Below are positions 37,315 through 40,732 of a stretch of DNA of 40,732 bases, piece by piece. Within the stretch, counting starts at the first letter, position 1. Each line of letters begins with the position of its first letter. A model generated the notes under the pieces. It was given only the letters and a program-made list of their open reading frames with translations, did not search any database and had not been told where the DNA came from. This DNA comes from a virus. Where the stretch lies: the UHGV virus genome UHGV-0045958. One strand, 5' to 3'. Made by a program: the position numbers and the translations under genes.

Positions 37315-37386
37315 NNNNNNNNNNNNNNNNNNNNNNNNNNNNNNNNNNNNNNNNNNNNNNNNNNNNNNNNNNNNNNNNNNNNNNNN
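37315..37386. other. assembly gap (72 N) splitting a terminator hairpin (duplicated flank ccggttcaggcg)
   Basis: Flanks gcccgccggttcaggcg / ccggttcaggcgggctttttt; collapsing the duplication restores GCCCGCC-ggttca-GGCGGGC plus a T-tract. Confidence 0.95.
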
Positions 37387-37418
37387 CCGGTTCAGGCGGG
37401 CTTTTTTGTGGGGTGAAT

Positions 37419-40400
37419 ATGGCAGTAAAGATTTCAGGTGTACTGAAAGACGGCACAGGAAAACCGGTACAGAACTGCACAATCCAGCTGAAAGCAAAAC
37501 GTAACAGTACCACGGTGGTGGTGAACACGCTGGCCTCAGAAAATCCGGATGAAGCCGGGCGTTACAGCATGGACGTTGAGTACGGTCAGTACAGCGTTAT
37601 TCTGTTGGTGGAAGGATTCCCGCCGTCACATGCCGGGACCATCACCGTGTATGAAGATTCCCGACCCGGTACGCTGAATGATTTTCTCGGTGCCATGACG
37701 GAGGATGATGCCCGTCCTGAGGCACTGCGCCGTTTTGAACTGATGGTGGAAGAGGTGGCGCGTAACGCGTCCGCGGTGGCACAGAACACGGCAGCCGCGA
37801 AGAAGTCAGCCAGCGATGCCAGCACATCAGCCCGTGAGGCGGCAACCCGTGCGACTGATGCTGCAGGCTCAGCACGTGCAGCCAGCACGTCAGCCGGACA
37901 GGCCGCGTCGTCGGCTCAGTCAGCGTCTTCCAGCGCAGGAACGGCATCAACAAAGGCCACTGAAGCATCAAAAAGTGCTGCCGCCGCAGAGTCTTCAAAA
38001 AGCGCGGCAGCCACCAGTGCCGGTGCAGCGAAAACGTCGGAAATGAATGCCGCAGCATCACAAAAATCTGCGGCCACATCTGCATCCACCGCGACCACGA
38101 AAGCGTCAGAAGCTGCCACCTCAGCCCGGGATGCGTCGGCTTCAAAAGTGGCGGCAAAATCATCAGAAACGAGCGCTGCCTCGAGCGCCGGCAGTGCAGC
38201 TTCCTCGGCAACGGCAGCAGGAAATTCCGCGAAGGCCGCAAAAACGTCTGAGACGAATGCGGATAACAGCGCACAGGCGGCAGCAGACTCACAAACTGCA
38301 TCGGCAAACTCCGCGACAGCAGCCAAAAAATCAGAAACCAACGCGAAAAATAGTGAGGCAGCAGCAAAGGTCAGCGAAACCAACGCTAAAGCGTCAGAGA
38401 ACAAGGCGAAAGAATATCTCGACAAGGTCGGGGGACTCGTCAGCCCGATGACGCAATACGATTGGCCCGTTGTTACTGGTAATGAGTCTTTTTACATAAA
38501 GATCGCGAAACTTTCCGATCCCGGAAGCGGCAATTGCCATGTAACGCTAATGGTTACTAATGCCGGTAACTACGGCTCCCCTTACGGAAACATTGACTTT
38601 ATCGAGATCTCGGCGCGCGGTCTGCCTTCTTTGCTTAGTGCGGATAATGTTTCTCGTCATCTGAGTATACGCCGCTTAGGGTCAACCGGGCTGACCGATA
38701 ACAACCAGATGCGTTACGGCCTGGTTAAAGGTGACGGCTTTATTGAGGTTTGGGCCTTCCAGCGCGCATTTATCAACGGCGCAAAGGTTGCGGTGCTGGC
38801 GCAGACGGCACGCCCGGAATTATACATTCCAGACGGATTTGTTAAGCAAACCGCCGCGCCTTCTGGATATGTTGAAAGCCCCGTTGTAAGGATTTACGAC
38901 CAGTTAAACAAGCCGACTAAAGCAGATTTGGGTCTTTCTAATGCTATGCTTACAGGCGCTTTCGGTCTTGGCGGTAGCGGGATATCAACAAACGGCAAGA
39001 TGAGCGATGTAGAGATCTTAAAAGCTCTGCGTGACAAAGGTGGTCATTTCTGGCGCGGTGATAAGCCGACCGGAAGCACGGCGACCATTTATAGCCACGG
39101 TTCTGGTATATTCTCGCGGTGCGGCGATACGTGGTCAGCGATCAATATCGACTACTCAACCGCGAAGATTAAGATCTATGCCGGCAACGATGCCCGGCTT
39201 AACAACGGGACTTTTAGCATCAATGAGCTATACGGCTCGGCAAACAAGCCGTCGAAATCGGATGTTGGACTTGGCAACGTAACTAACGATGCGCAGGTGA
39301 AAAAATCCGGCGATGTTATGTCTGGTGATCTTGATATATTGAAAGAAACGCCATCTATCAGGCTAAAATCAGCAAAAGGAACCGCTCATCTGTGGTTCAT
39401 GAACAACGACGGAAGCGAGCGCGGCGTTGTTTGGTCGCCTGAAAACAACGAATCACTTGGCGAAATCCACATCAGGGCGAAAAACACAAAAGGTGAATCA
39501 AGTGGTGATTTTATTGTTCGCCACGACGGGAGGGTTGAGGCCCGCAATCTAAAAATAACTTACAAAATCAGCGCAGCCACCGCAGAATTTGCAAACACAA
39601 GCACCAGTTCCGATAACACTACGGTAAGCATCAAAGGATCTCAGCATACGCCTTTGGTTTTAACGAGCAACAACACAATTAAAAACTTGTCCATTGGGTT
39701 TAAGGTTGATGATGTTGATCAAAAATACCTGGGTATAGCTGGTGACGGTGATTTGTATTTTGGTAGTTATTCTGACCACACAAAAAACAGCAAAGTAATC
39801 ACACAAGCAAAACTCGATAGCGGGGTGACGGTAGGCGGTAAAACAACCTTTTCTGACTTTGCCACATTTAACGCAGGTATGGCGGGATCTATCGAGCCGG
39901 AAACCATTGACAACAAGACTATTGATTTAAACGACTTGATCATTGCTAATACAGTGGCTGGATCTGTTAAATACTATCAATGCAAAACTGTTGCAGGTGG
40001 TGCATATATTACCAATAAGCCTGACGGCGTAAGCGGTAACTTTTTGCTACGTGTAGAATCTACTCGTAAAACTACGGGTTCAGATTATGCGATCATGCAA
40101 ACGCTGATTGGCAGCGACACAAAACGCATATACGTTCGCTTTGTTGTCAATGGAAACTGGACGGAGTGGAGTCAGGTAGTTGTTTCAGGATGGAATCAGG
40201 ATGTAACCGTCAGGTCGTTAACCTCGACGACTCCATCAAAATTAGGCGGCGGGCGTGTTGATGTGCTGGGGAGTACGTCAGATTACAGTAGTATGAATTG
40301 TGCTGTGCGCGGTGTTGATAGCACTGGAACCAATTCGGCGTGGTCGGTAGGCACATCAGAAAGCACAGGCAAAATGTTGTTCCTGAAAAACCACAGAAGC

Positions 40401-40732
40401 AGCGCTCAAGTGCTGTTAAATGGCGATGATGGAGCGGTTCAACTACTAAGTGGCACTGTTAACGGTGCTACAGCGCAGGCGCTAACCATCAACAAAGATG
40501 AGGTTAACTCAACTGCCGATTTAGTAATTAGAAAACAAACAGGGACTGGCAATCGTTTTGCTTTACTTAATTCAGGTAATTCAGAACTACCAGTTAGTAT
40601 CAGGGTGTGGGGTTCCAGTACTCGACAAAACGTTTTTGAGGTTGGAACGTCTGCTGCGTATCTGTTTTATGCGCAAAAAACAACAGACGGGCAAAACCTT
40701 ACTGAACCGCCCCGGGTTTCCTGGAGAGTGTT
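37419..40732 (+). CDS. stf: side tail fibre protein Stf (3' end runs off the window)
   Basis: Hand translation from ATG 37419 gives MAVKISGVLKDGTGKPVQNCTIQLKAKRNSTTVVVNT..., near-identical to the recalled lambda Stf N-terminus, followed by an Ala/Ser/Thr-rich repetitive region. Missing from the ORF track because no stop occurs before the window end. Confidence 0.85.
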   Translation, partial: MAVKISGVLKDGTGKPVQNCTIQLKAKRNSTTVVVNTLASENPDEAGRYSMDVEYGQYSVILLVEGFPPSHAGTITVYEDSRPGTLNDFLGAMTEDDARPEALRRFELMVEEVARNASAVAQNTAAAKKSASDASTSAREAATRATDAAGSARAASTSAGQAASSAQSASSSAGTASTKATEASKSAAAAESSKSAAATSAGAAKTSEMNAAASQKSAATSASTATTKASEAATSARDASASKVAAKSSETSAASSAGSAASSATAAGNSAKAAKTSETNADNSAQAAADSQTASANSATAAKKSETNAKNSEAAAKVSETNAKASENKAKEYLDKVGGLVSPMTQYDWPVVTGNESFYIKIAKLSDPGSGNCHVTLMVTNAGNYGSPYGNIDFIEISARGLPSLLSADNVSRHLSIRRLGSTGLTDNNQMRYGLVKGDGFIEVWAFQRAFINGAKVAVLAQTARPELYIPDGFVKQTAAPSGYVESPVVRIYDQLNKPTKADLGLSNAMLTGAFGLGGSGISTNGKMSDVEILKALRDKGGHFWRGDKPTGSTATIYSHGSGIFSRCGDTWSAINIDYSTAKIKIYAGNDARLNNGTFSINELYGSANKPSKSDVGLGNVTNDAQVKKSGDVMSGDLDILKETPSIRLKSAKGTAHLWFMNNDGSERGVVWSPENNESLGEIHIRAKNTKGESSGDFIVRHDGRVEARNLKITYKISAATAEFANTSTSSDNTTVSIKGSQHTPLVLTSNNTIKNLSIGFKVDDVDQKYLGIAGDGDLYFGSYSDHTKNSKVITQAKLDSGVTVGGKTTFSDFATFNAGMAGSIEPETIDNKTIDLNDLIIANTVAGSVKYYQCKTVAGGAYITNKPDGVSGNFLLRVESTRKTTGSDYAIMQTLIGSDTKRIYVRFVVNGNWTEWSQVVVSGWNQDVTVRSLTSTTPSKLGGGRVDVLGSTSDYSSMNCAVRGVDSTGTNSAWSVGTSESTGKMLFLKNHRSSAQVLLNGDDGAVQLLSGTVNGATAQALTINKDEVNSTADLVIRKQTGTGNRFALLNSGNSELPVSIRVWGSSTRQNVFEVGTSAAYLFYAQKTTDGQNLTEPPRVSWRV

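Noticed and set aside
37586-38425. Minus-strand ORFs 37586..37888, 37642..38367 and 37916..38425, and plus-strand ORFs 37816..38046 and 38047..38451
   Set aside because: They lie within the Ala/Ser/Thr-rich repetitive region of the side tail fibre gene (plus strand, in frame from ATG 37419) and are antisense or off-frame artefacts of low-complexity sequence.

Overview
This window is a near-complete lambdoid prophage of the E. coli/Shigella type, running from the integrase (left end) to a side tail fibre gene that is cut off at the window edge. Order: int-xis, a large DEDDh exonuclease gene, a Qin-like ydfC-dicF-dicB-ydfD block, CI-like repressor with divergent Cro/YdaS-like and YdaT-like genes, an O-like replication gene carrying iterons, a small-ORF region with a hok-family toxin, DUF968, rusA, Q antiterminator, pR'/tR', tRNA-Ile2(CAU), a pinholin/SAR-endolysin/Rz/Rz1 lysis cassette, bor, HNH-TerS-TerL, HK97-type head genes, lambda-like tail genes (major tail, G/G-T frameshift, tape measure, M, L, K, I, J), lom and stf. 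The sequence is a draft scaffold with four N-runs, each sitting in a GC-rich hairpin. No single obviously novel multi-gene system stands out; the best candidate for something undescribed is the Q-to-lysis interval (13.6-15.5 kb), which holds two tandem structured, terminator-capped RNA-like elements and an AT-rich reverse-strand ORF of unknown function where Stx phages carry stx. Protein identities are from recalled family resemblance, not from database searches, and most coordinates are taken from the supplied ORF track with starts adjusted by hand.
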